A stretch of 64,000 nt of DNA, taken from Armatimonadota bacterium (GTDB lineage: Bacteria; Armatimonadota; SYMT01). The notes below the pieces were generated by a model that had not been told where the DNA came from, ran no database searches, and was given only the letters and a program-made list of their open reading frames with translations. Shown here one piece after another: positions 10,301-20,068 of the stretch. The stretch lies in assembly GCA_046292385.1 (NCBI GenBank), contig JBKBRF010000002.1:32001-96000 (forward strand), in the 5' to 3' direction. How positions within the stretch are numbered: position 1 is the stretch's first letter; each line of letters begins with the position of its first letter. The position numbers and the translations under genes are program-made.

Positions 10301-11047
10301 GCCGGGAGTCGCCTCCTCCGCGGTGGCGAGCACCTGCACGCGAGAGGCGTCGCCGATCAGCGGCCAGTAGCTCTCGTCTTCGAAGTGGATCCGCTCCGGG
10401 AGGCCGCGGGTGATCGGGTGGCTCGGGTCGGAGATCTTGAGGTCGAGCGGCCCGTGCCGGAAGAGGGTGCGGCCGCTCTCCCAGGCGAGGCCCAGCAGGT
10501 CGGCCAGCGGCTCCGCGTGCGGCTTCTCCGCGATGACGGCGGCGTGCAGCGCCACGAACCCGGCACCGCGGTCGAGCAGCGCCCGCAGGTCCCGCAGCTT
10601 CGCCTCGTTCCAGATCCCGCCGGTCCCCATGAAGGCGACCACCACGTCGGCCCGCCGGAGCTGCTCCGGAGTGGGCCAGTCGACCGCCGTCTCCACCCGC
10701 ACCTTCGGCGCGCCCGGCCGCGGACCCGGGGGGAGATCGGAGGTCGGGCCGTAGAGCGTCACCGGCGCCGACCCGGCCTGCTCTCCCCCCAGCAGCACCT
10801 TCCAGCGCTCCATCCAGCGGGGGTAGTCGTGCTCGTGGGCTCCGTGGTCCTTGCGGTTCGCCACCAGCAGCACGTTGAGCGCGCGCAGCTCCCGGGCGGC
10901 GGGCGGCTTCGGCGCCTGGGCCAGCACCGCCTTCACCTCCGCCAGCTCCCGCCGCGGCGGCGGAACGGCCGACCACGCCGGACTGAGACCGGCTCCCACC
11001 AGGAGCAGGAAGCCGGTCCACCGCTTGCACGCGCTGCTTACACTCAT
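7346..11047 (-). CDS. Secreted multidomain protein: ThuA-like + LamG-like + HEAT repeats
   Basis: Signal peptide; ThuA-like GKGRVFNSIPGH; LLLWLDAAD...FHGDVSEVLIY (LamG-like); ~600 aa of HEAT-like repeats. Confidence 0.8.
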   Translation of the reverse strand: MSVSSACKRWTGFLLLVGAGLSPAWSAVPPPRRELAEVKAVLAQAPKPPAARELRALNVLLVANRKDHGAHEHDYPRWMERWKVLLGGEQAGSAPVTLYGPTSDLPPGPRPGAPKVRVETAVDWPTPEQLRRADVVVAFMGTGGIWNEAKLRDLRALLDRGAGFVALHAAVIAEKPHAEPLADLLGLAWESGRTLFRHGPLDLKISDPSHPITRGLPERIHFEDESYWPLIGDASRVQVLATAEEATPGTGQLAPHPMFWTHTVGKGRVFNSIPGHYSWTFDDPYFRLLVLRGTAWAAGESPYRFDPLALSGARTTTRKPEVVKTAQEPAAPVAPNAADPDLLLWLDAADRATVTTGADGRVSAWASKAGRVTARLTSTGARQPVYAAEALGGRPAVRFDGMDDVLRDTAFRQASKEWTLALVVTPRSNAGQFRSLLAANRPGQDDFQTGFNLDLGPTATPAFNAVNIEGIKGGGATNLRTGAAPFGSGQVLVLSTGSGSSRLWVNGQEEEARGASDALTVMEELRLGGRFYLGQERGHFHGDVSEVLIYRTALTEAQRAGLTAHLIQKYGPAIQPPVTVALDPWDYLPAYDWGMTRRPLGPIEEAVTRAGADRRARQALEARLLEVLGDPANTAAARDFVCRQLAVVGSAASVPTLAKLLGDPVLTPMACFALERIPSAEAERALIQALERAPVGARVELIQTLGHRGSRGAVPHLAPLLRDAEASVRSAAIVALGSIGGPSAAAALSAALDQAPASEAPVLAAALLKCAEQSEGQDAARLYERLRRPDVPQPARRAAVRATILLRGAAGVPLLLEQLHAGDPEGRAAMLLLIRELPGPEVTTAIASRLGRLPAEAQALAITALADRGDPAAAPAVRDTLRLGNPAVRLTAAQALGRLGDETDVPMLLAEAGGTDPELAAAARGSLAALSGDAVDAALLRSVEQGDVKRRAAAVEALGRRGHAAAGPLLLRTARGDEPALRVAALRALGETAGTAETPALVELLTGTDDPREIQSAERALATVYARTREKDRWADALLAGLGGAKGEAKAALLRSLALHGGPKALAAVRAAVGDPDPELQNEALGLLTDWPTPDAAEALLSLTQSANPTHRTLALRGYLRMAALPAVPAERRLEMSRQGLALAQRDDERRLALAALTGVPAVEALRTALPLLAQEGVAEEAGAAVVAISGKLLPEHAALVIEAMDQVLARVENAELKTQATELRARAAQVRR

Positions 11048-11051
11048 GTCG

Positions 11052-11555
11052 CTACTCCGAGCCTTCGTATGCTTTCCGGATGCCTTCGATATCGATCTTC
11101 TTCATCGGGAACAGGGCGTTCATCGCTCGTTGGGAGCGCTCGTCGGTCGGGTCCGAGAGCATCTCCAGGACCGGCACCGGCGTCACCTGCCAGGAGAGAC
11201 CGAAGCGGTCTTTCAGCCAGCCGCACACCTGCGCCTGCTCGTCGCCGCCCGGGGTGAGGCGCTCCCAGTAGTAGTCGACCTCTTCCTGCGTCTCGCAGCG
11301 GATCTGGAACGAGACCGCCTCGTTGAACCGGAACTGCGGCCCGCCGTTCAGGGCGGTGAACTTCTGGCCGTCCAGCTCGAATTCCACGATCATCACCGAT
11401 CCGGGCTCCCGGCCGTGGATCTCGCGCCCCGCCTCGCCGTAGGGGACGATCGAGACGATCCGCGAGTTGGGGAAGATGCCGGTGTAGAACCGGGCCGCCT
11501 CCTCGGCTTCGCTCTCGAACCAGAGGCAAGGGGTGATGCTTCGACTCAGTGGCAT
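11052..11555 (-). CDS. VOC/PhnB-like (3-demethylubiquinone-9 3-methyltransferase family) protein
   Basis: ITPCLWF, FTALNGGP, CGWLKDRFGLSWQV motifs. Confidence 0.9.
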   Translation of the reverse strand: MPLSRSITPCLWFESEAEEAARFYTGIFPNSRIVSIVPYGEAGREIHGREPGSVMIVEFELDGQKFTALNGGPQFRFNEAVSFQIRCETQEEVDYYWERLTPGGDEQAQVCGWLKDRFGLSWQVTPVPVLEMLSDPTDERSQRAMNALFPMKKIDIEGIRKAYEGSE

Positions 11556-11640
11556 GACGCTCCTCCGCAATGACGTGACCGCGGCCGGATTTGGCCGGGC
11601 TCCGTAGTGAGTCGCGCGGCCGTTCCGGTTTTCGACAACT

Positions 11641-12855
11641 TCAACGGGCGACTGTCGATAACTGCCGAAGCAGCGTCTCCGCGCAGGTCTCCGCGAAGAT
11701 CGGGTCGTTAATGTTGCAGTCGAGCTCTACCACCTCCACGTTCGGGTTCAGTCCCGCCTTCAACGCCGCGTAGAGCGCCCCGTCCGCCTCGGGAGACCAG
11801 AACGGCCCGCCCGGGGAGTCGATCATGCTCACGCCGCGGGCGGGCAGGACCACCGTCACCGGCCCCGTGCTCGCGTTCAGCTTGCCGGCGATGATCTCGC
11901 CCAGGCGGCGGTTCTCCTCCGCGTCGGTGCGCATCAGCGTCACGTTCGGGTTGTGCGGGTAGAAGGTCCGCCCCTGGAAACGGGCCGGGACCGTCTCCGG
12001 CGCGCCGAAGTTGACCATGTCGAGGCAGCCGGGCGCCACCACCGCCGGCACCCCGCGCCGCGCGGCGGCCTCCAGGCGCGCGGGCCCCGCGGCGAAGACG
12101 CCGCCGACCAACTCGTCGGCCCACTCGGTCGTCGTGAGGTCGAGCACCCCCGCAACCTGCCCGGAGTCGATCAGCGCCTCCATGGTCCGGCCGCCCTGGC
12201 CGGTGCAGTGGAAAACGAGCACCTCGTAGCCGCGCTCCTCCAGGATCGCCCGGGCGCGCTCCACGGCCGGGGTGGTGTTGCCGAACATCGAAGCGGCGAT
12301 GAGCGGCCGGTCGGCGCCGCGGGGAACCTCCGTCTCGACCATCCCGCAGACCGCCCCCGCCGCGCGGGCGAAGACGCCGCGGCTGATCCGGTTGAGGCCC
12401 GCCACGTCGACGATGGACGGGATCATCACGATGTCGTGGACCCCGACGTAGCCGGAGACGTCGCCGCCGGCCACGGTGGAGACCATCACCTTCGGCACGC
12501 CGAGCGGCAGCGCGCGCATGGCGGCGCAGGCGACCGAGCTGCCGCCGCTGCCGCCGAGCGCGAGGACGCCGTCGAATCGGCCCTCCGCGTGGAGCTTCGG
12601 CAGCAGCGCGGCCGCGCCCCGGCTCATCACCGCCACCGCCTCACCGCGGTCCTTGCGCGCGGCCAGCTCCGATAGCTCCGCCCCGGCGGCCCGGGCCACT
12701 TCCTCGCGGGACACGTCCGGGGGAATCTGCGCGTCTCCCAGCACGCCGACGTCGATCAGGAGCGTCCGGTGACCGCGCGCCTCGATCTGCTCCTTGACGA
12801 AGCGGTACTCCGCGCCCTTGGTGTCGAGCGCGCCGATCAGGGCTACCGTCGCCAT
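11641..12855 (-). CDS. Tm-1-like ATP-binding protein (UPF0261)
   Basis: GALDTKGAE, LGGSGGS, VDVAGLN, SMFGNTT and DMVNFG motifs. Confidence 0.9.
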   Translation of the reverse strand: MATVALIGALDTKGAEYRFVKEQIEARGHRTLLIDVGVLGDAQIPPDVSREEVARAAGAELSELAARKDRGEAVAVMSRGAAALLPKLHAEGRFDGVLALGGSGGSSVACAAMRALPLGVPKVMVSTVAGGDVSGYVGVHDIVMIPSIVDVAGLNRISRGVFARAAGAVCGMVETEVPRGADRPLIAASMFGNTTPAVERARAILEERGYEVLVFHCTGQGGRTMEALIDSGQVAGVLDLTTTEWADELVGGVFAAGPARLEAAARRGVPAVVAPGCLDMVNFGAPETVPARFQGRTFYPHNPNVTLMRTDAEENRRLGEIIAGKLNASTGPVTVVLPARGVSMIDSPGGPFWSPEADGALYAALKAGLNPNVEVVELDCNINDPIFAETCAETLLRQLSTVAR

Positions 12856-12856
12856 C

Positions 12857-13702
12857 TCAGCCCTCCCTCCGCGCGCGCTGCAGCCGGGTAAAGCTGCGCG
12901 TCTGCTCCGTGATCGCTCGCTCCGCCGGCAGCCGCTCCATGGAGCTGGCGCCGTAGAAGCCGGCGACGCCGGGGCACCGCGCCAGGATGTAGGCGGCGTC
13001 GTCCGGCTCCGCTATCGGGCCGCCGTGGCAGAGGACCAGGATCTCGCCGCGGACCTCCCGCGCTGCGGCGGCGATCGCGTTGATCTCGGTGACGCACTGG
13101 TCCAGGCTCTTCGCCGTCTGCGCCCCGATCGTCCCGGAAGTGGTGAGCCCCATGTGCGCGACCAGGATGTCCGCCCCCGCCTCCGCCATCTGCCGGGCCT
13201 GGTCTGGATCGAAGACGTAGGGCGTGGTGAGGAGGTCGAGGTCCCGCGCCGCGGCGACGCATTCCACCTCCAGGCCGTAGCCCATCCCGGTCTCCTCCAG
13301 GTTGGCGCGGAAGGTGCCGTCGATCAGCCCGACCGTCGGGAAGTTCTGGATCCCCGCGAAGCCCATCGACTTCAGCTCCCGCAGGAAGTGGTCGCGGAGC
13401 ATGAACGGGTCGGTGGCGCAGACGCCCGCCAGCACCGGGGTGTGCTTTACCGCGGTCAGCACCTCGTATCCCATCTCCTTCACGATCTGGTTGGCGTTGC
13501 CGTACGGCATCATCCCGGTCAGGGAGCCGCGGCCCGCCATGCGGTAGCGTCCGGAGTTGTAGATCACGATCAGGTCGATGCCGCCGGCCTCCTCGCACTT
13601 GGCGCTGATGCCGGTGCCGGCCCCGCCGCCGACGATCACCTCTCCGCGGGCGGCCTTCTCCTGGAGACGATCCAGGATCTCTTCTCGGTTCGGGTGGGAC
13701 AT
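12857..13702 (-). CDS. TIM-barrel signal transduction / PEP-hydrolase-like family protein
   Basis: [31 protein letters not shown] and [12 protein letters not shown] motifs; start MSHPNRE follows an SD. Confidence 0.9.
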   Translation of the reverse strand: MSHPNREEILDRLQEKAARGEVIVGGGAGTGISAKCEEAGGIDLIVIYNSGRYRMAGRGSLTGMMPYGNANQIVKEMGYEVLTAVKHTPVLAGVCATDPFMLRDHFLRELKSMGFAGIQNFPTVGLIDGTFRANLEETGMGYGLEVECVAAARDLDLLTTPYVFDPDQARQMAEAGADILVAHMGLTTSGTIGAQTAKSLDQCVTEINAIAAAAREVRGEILVLCHGGPIAEPDDAAYILARCPGVAGFYGASSMERLPAERAITEQTRSFTRLQRARREG

Positions 13703-13987
13703 CCGGGTCCTCTCGCTTCCGGCGGGGATGCCGTCGTCGCCCCGCCGCATGGAGACCGTTCCACGGCCGGAGGGGAAGACTCCTCGTTCGGCTGCGGGCG
13801 GCGCCAAGTTCGGTATAGCACCCGACCACGGTGCGGGGGCCGGGTCTAAGGTCCCGGGTTCGCCTTGCAAACAGGCCTATCTTCGCTTGCCTCGCTGCTC
13901 ACGACGACCCCTTATCAGCTCCGGCGCTAGTGTGATACTATTGCGTTACCGGCAGTCGAGCGCGGTGCGAGTGGAGAGCGGAGCGGT

Positions 13988-14734
13988 ATGCCCGGGGGCG
14001 CCTCGATTGATGGAGCATTGGTGCTGCGCGCCGCTCTTCCGGTTCTCGCCGCTCTCGCAGGTGCATTGGCAGGGGCGCTGACCGCCCGCCGCGGCGGCTC
14101 CGTCGTCTCGCCTCTGGTCCACTTCGCGGCCGGCGCCTTCCTCGCCCTGGCGCTGCTCCTGCTGCTGCCGGACGGAGCCGCCCACGCCGGCTGGCCGGCC
14201 GCGATTCTCGCGGCGGTGGTGGGGGCCGGCGCCTGCCACCTTCTCGCACGCCGCACCGGCGCTTCCTGTCCCGCCTGCCCGACCGGCGTGGAGATGCTCA
14301 CGCACCAGGAGGTGGTGGTGCCGCTGCTCGCCTTCGTGGCGCTGCACAGCGTGCTCGACGGCCTCCCCCTCGTCTCCGGCGATCACCACCACCACGAGTC
14401 GCTCGTCGCCGCCGCGATCCTGCTCCACAAGCTGCCGGAAGGGCTGGCGGTCTCCGCCCTGCTCCGCGCCTCCGGCAGCTCCGCCGCCCGGGCGTTCCTG
14501 CTCACCGCGGCGGTGGAGGCGTGCACCTTCCTGGGGGTGCTGCTCGGCCTGGCGCTGGGTCAGGTCAGCAGCCTCTGGCTCGGCCTCGCGGTGGCCGGAG
14601 TCGCGGGCAGCTTCCTCTACGTGGCGGGGCTGGCGCTGGTCGACGTGGGCCGGTCTGCCCGACCGAGCCAGAACCGGGCGGCGGCGGCGCTGGGCGCGAT
14701 CGTCGTGATGGCAGCTCGCCTGGCGCTCGGGTAA
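13988..14734 (+). CDS. ZIP family metal (Zn) transporter
   Basis: LHSVLDG and LHKLPEG motifs, His-rich loop; start may be ~14021. Confidence 0.85.
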   Translation: MPGGASIDGALVLRAALPVLAALAGALAGALTARRGGSVVSPLVHFAAGAFLALALLLLLPDGAAHAGWPAAILAAVVGAGACHLLARRTGASCPACPTGVEMLTHQEVVVPLLAFVALHSVLDGLPLVSGDHHHHESLVAAAILLHKLPEGLAVSALLRASGSSAARAFLLTAAVEACTFLGVLLGLALGQVSSLWLGLAVAGVAGSFLYVAGLALVDVGRSARPSQNRAAAALGAIVVMAARLALG

Positions 14735-14757
14735 GCTTTCCCTGTGGCTCCATTCTC

Positions 14758-14851
14758 CCGCCCCTCCAGGGCGGGCCCCCGTGCTGGCGAGGAGTCCGGG
14801 GGCTGCGCTGCGCTGACCCCCGGCTACCGTCTCTCGCCCTTCCAGGGCGAC
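14758..14851. repeat. REP-like palindrome cluster
   Basis: cgcccctccagggcg ... ccgggggctgcgctgcgctgacccccgg ... tcgcccttccagggcga: two similar palindromes around a third. Confidence 0.6.
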
Positions 14852-14906
14852 GGGAAGTCGGAGTGGCCCGCGACGGATCGCCGGCTGGCGTGGAGTACTG
14901 CGAGAG

Positions 14907-16163
14907 GTGCCGATGGAGAAGCGCAGACGCAAGACCTGGCTGTGGGTGGGAGGCGGCCTGTTCGGGCTGCTGCTCGCCCTCCTCGTGGGTGGGTTTGGCT
15001 ACTGGCAGTACGCGGCCGCGGTCCCGGAATTCAGGCTTCCGCCGGATACCCTGCCGGCACCTCGCGGCTACCTCCAGGGCCGGGCCGCCTCCCAGGAGCT
15101 TCTCCGGAGCCGGTCGAGGGTTCCGAACACCTGGCCGAACGGCTCTACGACCGAGCTGGAGGCGGCAGTCGCTCCGGTCCGGCCGGCCCTGCAGCGGCTG
15201 CGGGCGTCGTTCGGCGAGGAGTGGCGCGTCCCAACTTCCATCCTTACCGCGGCGCGGTTTCAGGATTACGGCGCCTTTCGGGAAGCGGCGCGCTGCTTCA
15301 CCGTCGAGGCAATCCTCGCGGAGCGACGGGGGGATCACGATGCGGCGCTGCAGCACCGGATCGACGCGCTGGAGCTGGGGGTGCGTCTCCGCCGGGGCGA
15401 CGGCATCATGGGGATCCTGGTCGGGGGAGCAGTTAACGCTATCGGCGTCGCAGGTATCGAGACGCTGCCGGAGCGCGCCTCACCGGCTGCTCTGGAGACG
15501 GCGCTCACCCGGCTTCGCCGGATCGAGGCGGATTGGCCGTCCCTCCACCAGTCGCTGGAGATCGAAGCACTCGTCGCCCGCGCGGACCTGGCGCGGTACC
15601 TGCACGAGCTAAATGCCCGGTCGCTTCCGCAGCAGTGGCAGGCGCTGGACGACCTCGGTGACTTCGGGTCCGGCGAGAAGCTGCGGCTGCTCCTCACGCC
15701 GCGCCGGGCCGCGGCAGCCCGGGTCGACGCTTACTATCGGGCCAGCGTCGCGGAGCTGATGAAGCCGCCGGGCACCCGCGTAAAGGTGTCCGTCCCGGAC
15801 GATCCGTGGGTGAAACGCTTTTGCACCGTGCTCCCCGCAGCCTACGGCACCCGCGACCGGTCCCAGGTCGCGCTGCTCGTCGGGGCGCTCGCGGTGGAGC
15901 GGTGGCAGCGGGAGCACGGTCGCTACCCGCGCTCTATGGAGGAGCTGAGCGGGAAGTGGCTTCCGGAAGCGCCGGTAGACGCGTGGGAACGCCCGCTGGT
16001 CTACCGCCTGCGGAACGGCCGCCCGCTCCTCTACAGCCTGGGGCCGGACGGTATCGATGACGGCGGGCGCAGCCTGCCGCCCGGCGGGCACCTGGATGAC
16101 GGTGCCCGCGGCGACCTCGCGTGGGGACAGCTCTCGCCGCGCCGGGGTGGATCCGGTTCTTAA
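14907..16163 (+). CDS. Membrane-anchored hypothetical protein with a GspG-like C-terminal motif
   Basis: N-terminal TM helix; C-terminal GRYP...DAWERPLVY...LYSLGPDGIDDGG. Confidence 0.65.
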   Translation: MPMEKRRRKTWLWVGGGLFGLLLALLVGGFGYWQYAAAVPEFRLPPDTLPAPRGYLQGRAASQELLRSRSRVPNTWPNGSTTELEAAVAPVRPALQRLRASFGEEWRVPTSILTAARFQDYGAFREAARCFTVEAILAERRGDHDAALQHRIDALELGVRLRRGDGIMGILVGGAVNAIGVAGIETLPERASPAALETALTRLRRIEADWPSLHQSLEIEALVARADLARYLHELNARSLPQQWQALDDLGDFGSGEKLRLLLTPRRAAAARVDAYYRASVAELMKPPGTRVKVSVPDDPWVKRFCTVLPAAYGTRDRSQVALLVGALAVERWQREHGRYPRSMEELSGKWLPEAPVDAWERPLVYRLRNGRPLLYSLGPDGIDDGGRSLPPGGHLDDGARGDLAWGQLSPRRGGSGS

Positions 16164-16254
16164 CCCCAGACAGCACGGGCGGAACGAGCTCGCTGAAGAA
16201 TGGTGCGAGCCCACCCCGCCCGTAGAGGCTGCGAGGAGCAGTGTGGACCGGGTC

Positions 16255-16764
16255 CTAGCCCAGCAGGTCGTCGTCCGCGTAGAGGCCCTTGCCGCCCGGC
16301 TCTACCTCGTCCTCGTCCGCGATGATGATGTTCGCGGGGGTGAAGAGGAAGACTTTGTCCCCCACCCGCTCGTAGAAGCCGTTCAGGGCGTAGGTGACGC
16401 CGCTGATGAAGTCGATCACGCGGCGCGCCAGCTCGTCGTCCGCCTTCTCCAGGTTCACGATCACCGGCCGGCGCTCTTTCAGGTCTTCCGCGGCGCGCTG
16501 GGCGTCCAGCAGCGTGCGGGGAGCCCGCTTGGAGATCTGACTGCCGCGGTGGGCGTGCACCTGCAGCAGCGTGCCGTTCGGCTGCGCCTTCTGGCTGCGG
16601 TTCACGCGCGGCGCGGCCGGCTCGTGGCGAGACGGAGGCGCGGGCGCGAAGCCTTCCTCTTCCTCCTCCTCGACCTCTTCGCCGAACCACTTATCGCGCA
16701 GCCGCGCGATCCAGCTATCCTGCTCTTCGTACTCTTCTTCTTCGACTTTCAGCCTTCTGCTCAT
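16255..16764 (-). CDS. sepF: Cell division protein SepF
   Basis: VIVNLE...RRVIDFISGVTYALNG...VFLFTPAN; overlaps the yggS stop. Confidence 0.92.
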   Translation of the reverse strand: MSRRLKVEEEEYEEQDSWIARLRDKWFGEEVEEEEEEGFAPAPPSRHEPAAPRVNRSQKAQPNGTLLQVHAHRGSQISKRAPRTLLDAQRAAEDLKERRPVIVNLEKADDELARRVIDFISGVTYALNGFYERVGDKVFLFTPANIIIADEDEVEPGGKGLYADDDLLG

Positions 16765-17447
16765 CCCGCACTCCTCCTGGGACCGAAAATGCCGGTCCCG
16801 ACCCGGACCATGGTGGAGCCTTCTTCGATCGCCGTCTCGAAGTCGCCGCTCATCCCCATGGAAAGCGTCTGCCGGCACTCTTCCGGCAGCTTTCGGAACA
16901 GCTCCGCCAGGAGCCGGAAGCTCGCGCGCGCGGCGTCCGCGTCTCCGGTGAGCGGTCCCATCCCCATCAGGCCTCGCAGGCGCAGCCCGGGAACGGGGGC
17001 CACCTGCTCCGCCAGCGCCAGCGCCTGCGCCGGCTCCACTCCAAACTTGCTCGCCTCGCCGGCGGCGTTCACTTCCAGCAGCACGTCCAGCGTGCGCCCC
17101 AACGCCTCCGCCCGCCGTCCCAGCGCCTGCGCCAGCGCCAGGCTGTCGACGCACTGCACCACCTCGAAGAGCGCGGCGGCCTTGCCCGCCTTGTTGCGCT
17201 GCAGGTGCCCGATGAAGTGCCGGACCGCGTCGATCTCTCCCAGGGCGGCCCACTTCGCCTCGGCTTCCTGGACGTAGTTCTCTCCCAGGTGCCGCACGCC
17301 GGCCGCCAGCGCCTGCCGGACCGCCTCCGGCGGCTGCGTCTTGGAGACCGCCACCAGGGTGATGCCGGCGGGGTCCCGGCCGGCCCGCTCCGCGGCGCGC
17401 GCGATGCGCTGCCGCACGACGTTAAGATTCTCGGCAACAGTCGTCAC
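16761..17447 (-). CDS. yggS: PLP homeostasis protein YggS
   Basis: LVAVSK, GENYVQE, HFIGHLQRNK and LSMGMSGD motifs. Confidence 0.95.
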   Translation of the reverse strand: MTTVAENLNVVRQRIARAAERAGRDPAGITLVAVSKTQPPEAVRQALAAGVRHLGENYVQEAEAKWAALGEIDAVRHFIGHLQRNKAGKAAALFEVVQCVDSLALAQALGRRAEALGRTLDVLLEVNAAGEASKFGVEPAQALALAEQVAPVPGLRLRGLMGMGPLTGDADAARASFRLLAELFRKLPEECRQTLSMGMSGDFETAIEEGSTMVRVGTGIFGPRRSAG

Positions 17448-17650
17448 AGGCGTCAGACCAGTTCGTGTTTGATTCCGGACAGAAGCTCCGGCGGGGGTGA
17501 AAGGGACGATTCCGCCCGGATTATACGGGGCGGGGCAGGCGCTCACAAGCGCCCTGCCGCCGCCCCGGCGGGCAGCGTCGCGGGTGCCGCGGGGAGAGAT
17601 TGACGCAACCCCCGGGTGAATTCCGGGTTAATAAGGGTAGAGGGAGGCCT

Positions 17651-18934
17651 ATGAGCAGCATTGCGGAACGCGGTAGTGGCACGGGTGGGGACGCACAGAA
17701 CGTTTTCGAGATGGCGCAGTCGCAGCTGGACCGGATCGCGGACACGATCCGGCTCGACCCCGACATGCGGGAGGTGCTGCGCCACCCGCGGCGGGAGCTG
17801 ACGGTCAACTTCCCGGTGCGGATGGACGACGGCACGATCCGGATCTTCACTGGGCACCGGGTGCAGCACAACTTCAGCCTGGGGCCCAGCAAGGGCGGCA
17901 TCCGCTACAGTGCGGAGGTCGACCTGGACGAGGTGCGCGCGCTGGCGATGTGGATGACCTGGAAGTGCGCCATCGTCGGGCTGCCGTACGGCGGGGCGAA
18001 GGGCGGGGTCAAGGTCGACCCGCGGACGCTCTCCCAGCGGGAGCTGGAGAACCTGACGCGCCGCTTCGCCAGCGAGATCTCGATCGTGATGGGGCCGGAG
18101 GGCGACATCCCGGCGCCGGACATGGGCACCAACTCGCAGGTGATGGCGTGGATGATGGACACCTACTCCATGCACCGCGGCTACAGCGTCACCGGCGTGG
18201 TGACCGGTAAGCCGCCCTCCATCGGCGGGAGCGAGGGCCGGGTAGAGGCGACCGGCCGCGGGGTGACGCTCATCACCGGCATGGCGTGCCGCAAGCTGGG
18301 CCGCCCGCTCGCCGGCGCCACCGTGGCGGTGCAGGGCTACGGCAATGTCGGCTCGGTCGCCGCCCGGCTGCTGGCGCGCTCCGGCGCCCGCGTGGTGGCG
18401 GTCAGCGACGTCACCAACGGCCTCTACCGCCCGACCGGCCTCGACCTGGAGGAGGTCGACGCCTACCGGGTCGACCACCAGGACCTGGCCGGCTGCCCCG
18501 CCGGGGACACGATCTCCAACGAGGAGCTGCTGGAGCTGCCGGTCGACATCCTGGTCCCCGCCGCCACGGAGCGGCAGATCACGGAAGCGAACGCGGACCG
18601 TATCCGCGCGCGGCTGGTCGTCGAAGGGGCGAACGGCCCCACCACCCCGGCGGCGGACCGCATCCTGCAGGAGAACGGCATCTTCGTGGTGCCGGACGTG
18701 CTGGCGAACGCGGGCGGCGTGATCGTGAGCTACTTCGAGTGGGTGCAGGACCTCTCCGCCTTCTTCTGGAGCGAGAGCGAGGTGAACCAGCGGCTGGAAG
18801 AGCTGCTGAACCGCGCCTTCGCCGTGGTGTGGGATGCCACCGAGCGCTACGGCACCGACATGCGCATGGGCGCCTACGCCGTCGGCGTCAGCCGCGTCGC
18901 GGAAGCGACCCGGATCCGAGGGATCTACCCATAG
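17651..18934 (+). CDS. gdhA: Glu/Leu/Phe/Val dehydrogenase (glutamate dehydrogenase)
   Basis: KGGIRY, GGAKGG, PAPDMGT, QGYGNVG and EGANGP motifs. Confidence 0.93.
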   Translation: MSSIAERGSGTGGDAQNVFEMAQSQLDRIADTIRLDPDMREVLRHPRRELTVNFPVRMDDGTIRIFTGHRVQHNFSLGPSKGGIRYSAEVDLDEVRALAMWMTWKCAIVGLPYGGAKGGVKVDPRTLSQRELENLTRRFASEISIVMGPEGDIPAPDMGTNSQVMAWMMDTYSMHRGYSVTGVVTGKPPSIGGSEGRVEATGRGVTLITGMACRKLGRPLAGATVAVQGYGNVGSVAARLLARSGARVVAVSDVTNGLYRPTGLDLEEVDAYRVDHQDLAGCPAGDTISNEELLELPVDILVPAATERQITEANADRIRARLVVEGANGPTTPAADRILQENGIFVVPDVLANAGGVIVSYFEWVQDLSAFFWSESEVNQRLEELLNRAFAVVWDATERYGTDMRMGAYAVGVSRVAEATRIRGIYP

Positions 18935-18990
18935 AGAGCAGCGGCGAGGCGTAGGGGCGCCCACTTGCGCCCGAGGGGCGGTAACTACCT

Positions 18991-19875
18991 TCAGGAGTTC
19001 CTTGCCTCCGCCGCCTGTTGCAGCGCCTGGATGGCCGACGCGATGTAGGAGTCGAATCCTTCCCGCTCGTCATCCAGGCGCCGCCATCGCTCGGCCGCAC
19101 GAAGCACGGCGGGCAGGAGGCCGGGGTCCCCCAGCTCCTCAGCAGCGATGAAGTAGCACGGCGAGATCTGCGGATCGTTCCGCAGCAGCTCATCCAGTCG
19201 CGGTGCCAGGTCCGGGTCGCCCAGGAGCGCGAGCCCTTCTGCGGCTTCACCGCGCACGTCGGGGTTCGGATCGTCGAGCGCCTCCCAGAGGCGCCTTCGG
19301 ACTTCCGGGGTGTCGTGGCCGCCCTGGTGCAGTCCGAAGGTAGCCCAATCGCGCACGTCGTCGGCCGGATCGTCCATCAAGCGCAGCAAGGTCTGGCAGA
19401 CCTGGCCCCGGTAGGCAGCAGCTTCCGGATCTTCCCACCCGGACTCGTAGAACGAGCCGAGGGCAAACGCCACCCCGTGGCGGATCTCTTCCGAAGGATC
19501 GAACGCTGCCCGGCAGAGCGCCGGGATGGTGGAGGGCACTGCCTGGTGGCCCAGGGCATAAGCCGCCGCCGCCCGCACCTCTTCCGTCGGGTCGGACTGC
19601 AGGAGCTGGACCAGGAGCGGCACTCCGTCCGGTTAGGGCCCCGGGTGGGACTCGCCCTCCGCCGGGGGCCGGTCGCCCACCTGTCCCAGCACGCAGCAGG
19701 CCATCTCCCGAATCCGGGGATGGGGGTCGCGCGCGAGCTCCAATGCGCTCTCCAGGGCGGGTCGTCCCAGCCGGTGGAGTGCGGACGCCGCCTCGTACCG
19801 GCGGTCTTCATCCTCCTCCATCAGCTGGGCGACCCACCGTTGCAGCGTCTGCTCGTCGTCAGTCGGATCGCTCAT
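18991..19875 (-). pseudogene. HEAT-repeat protein interrupted by an in-frame TAA (19633-19635)
   Basis: ORFs 19633..19917 and 18991..19623 share a frame: ...ESHPGP*PDGVPLLVQLL...; HEAT motifs lie on both sides. Confidence 0.7.
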
Positions 19876-20068
19876 CGGCCTCCATCCTGTTCTTCCGAAG
19901 CGTCTCCTCCCTCTCATTATGCAAGTCAGGGCATGGCGGGGGAAGATCGCCCCTCTGGAAGGGAGCGGCGAGGCGCCGCGGGAACCTTCAGCCTGATCCG
20001 GGCAGGACGGGGTGAGACCCCACCGCCGGGCGGGAGACGGACCCGACTACAGGGGGGAGAGACGACCC

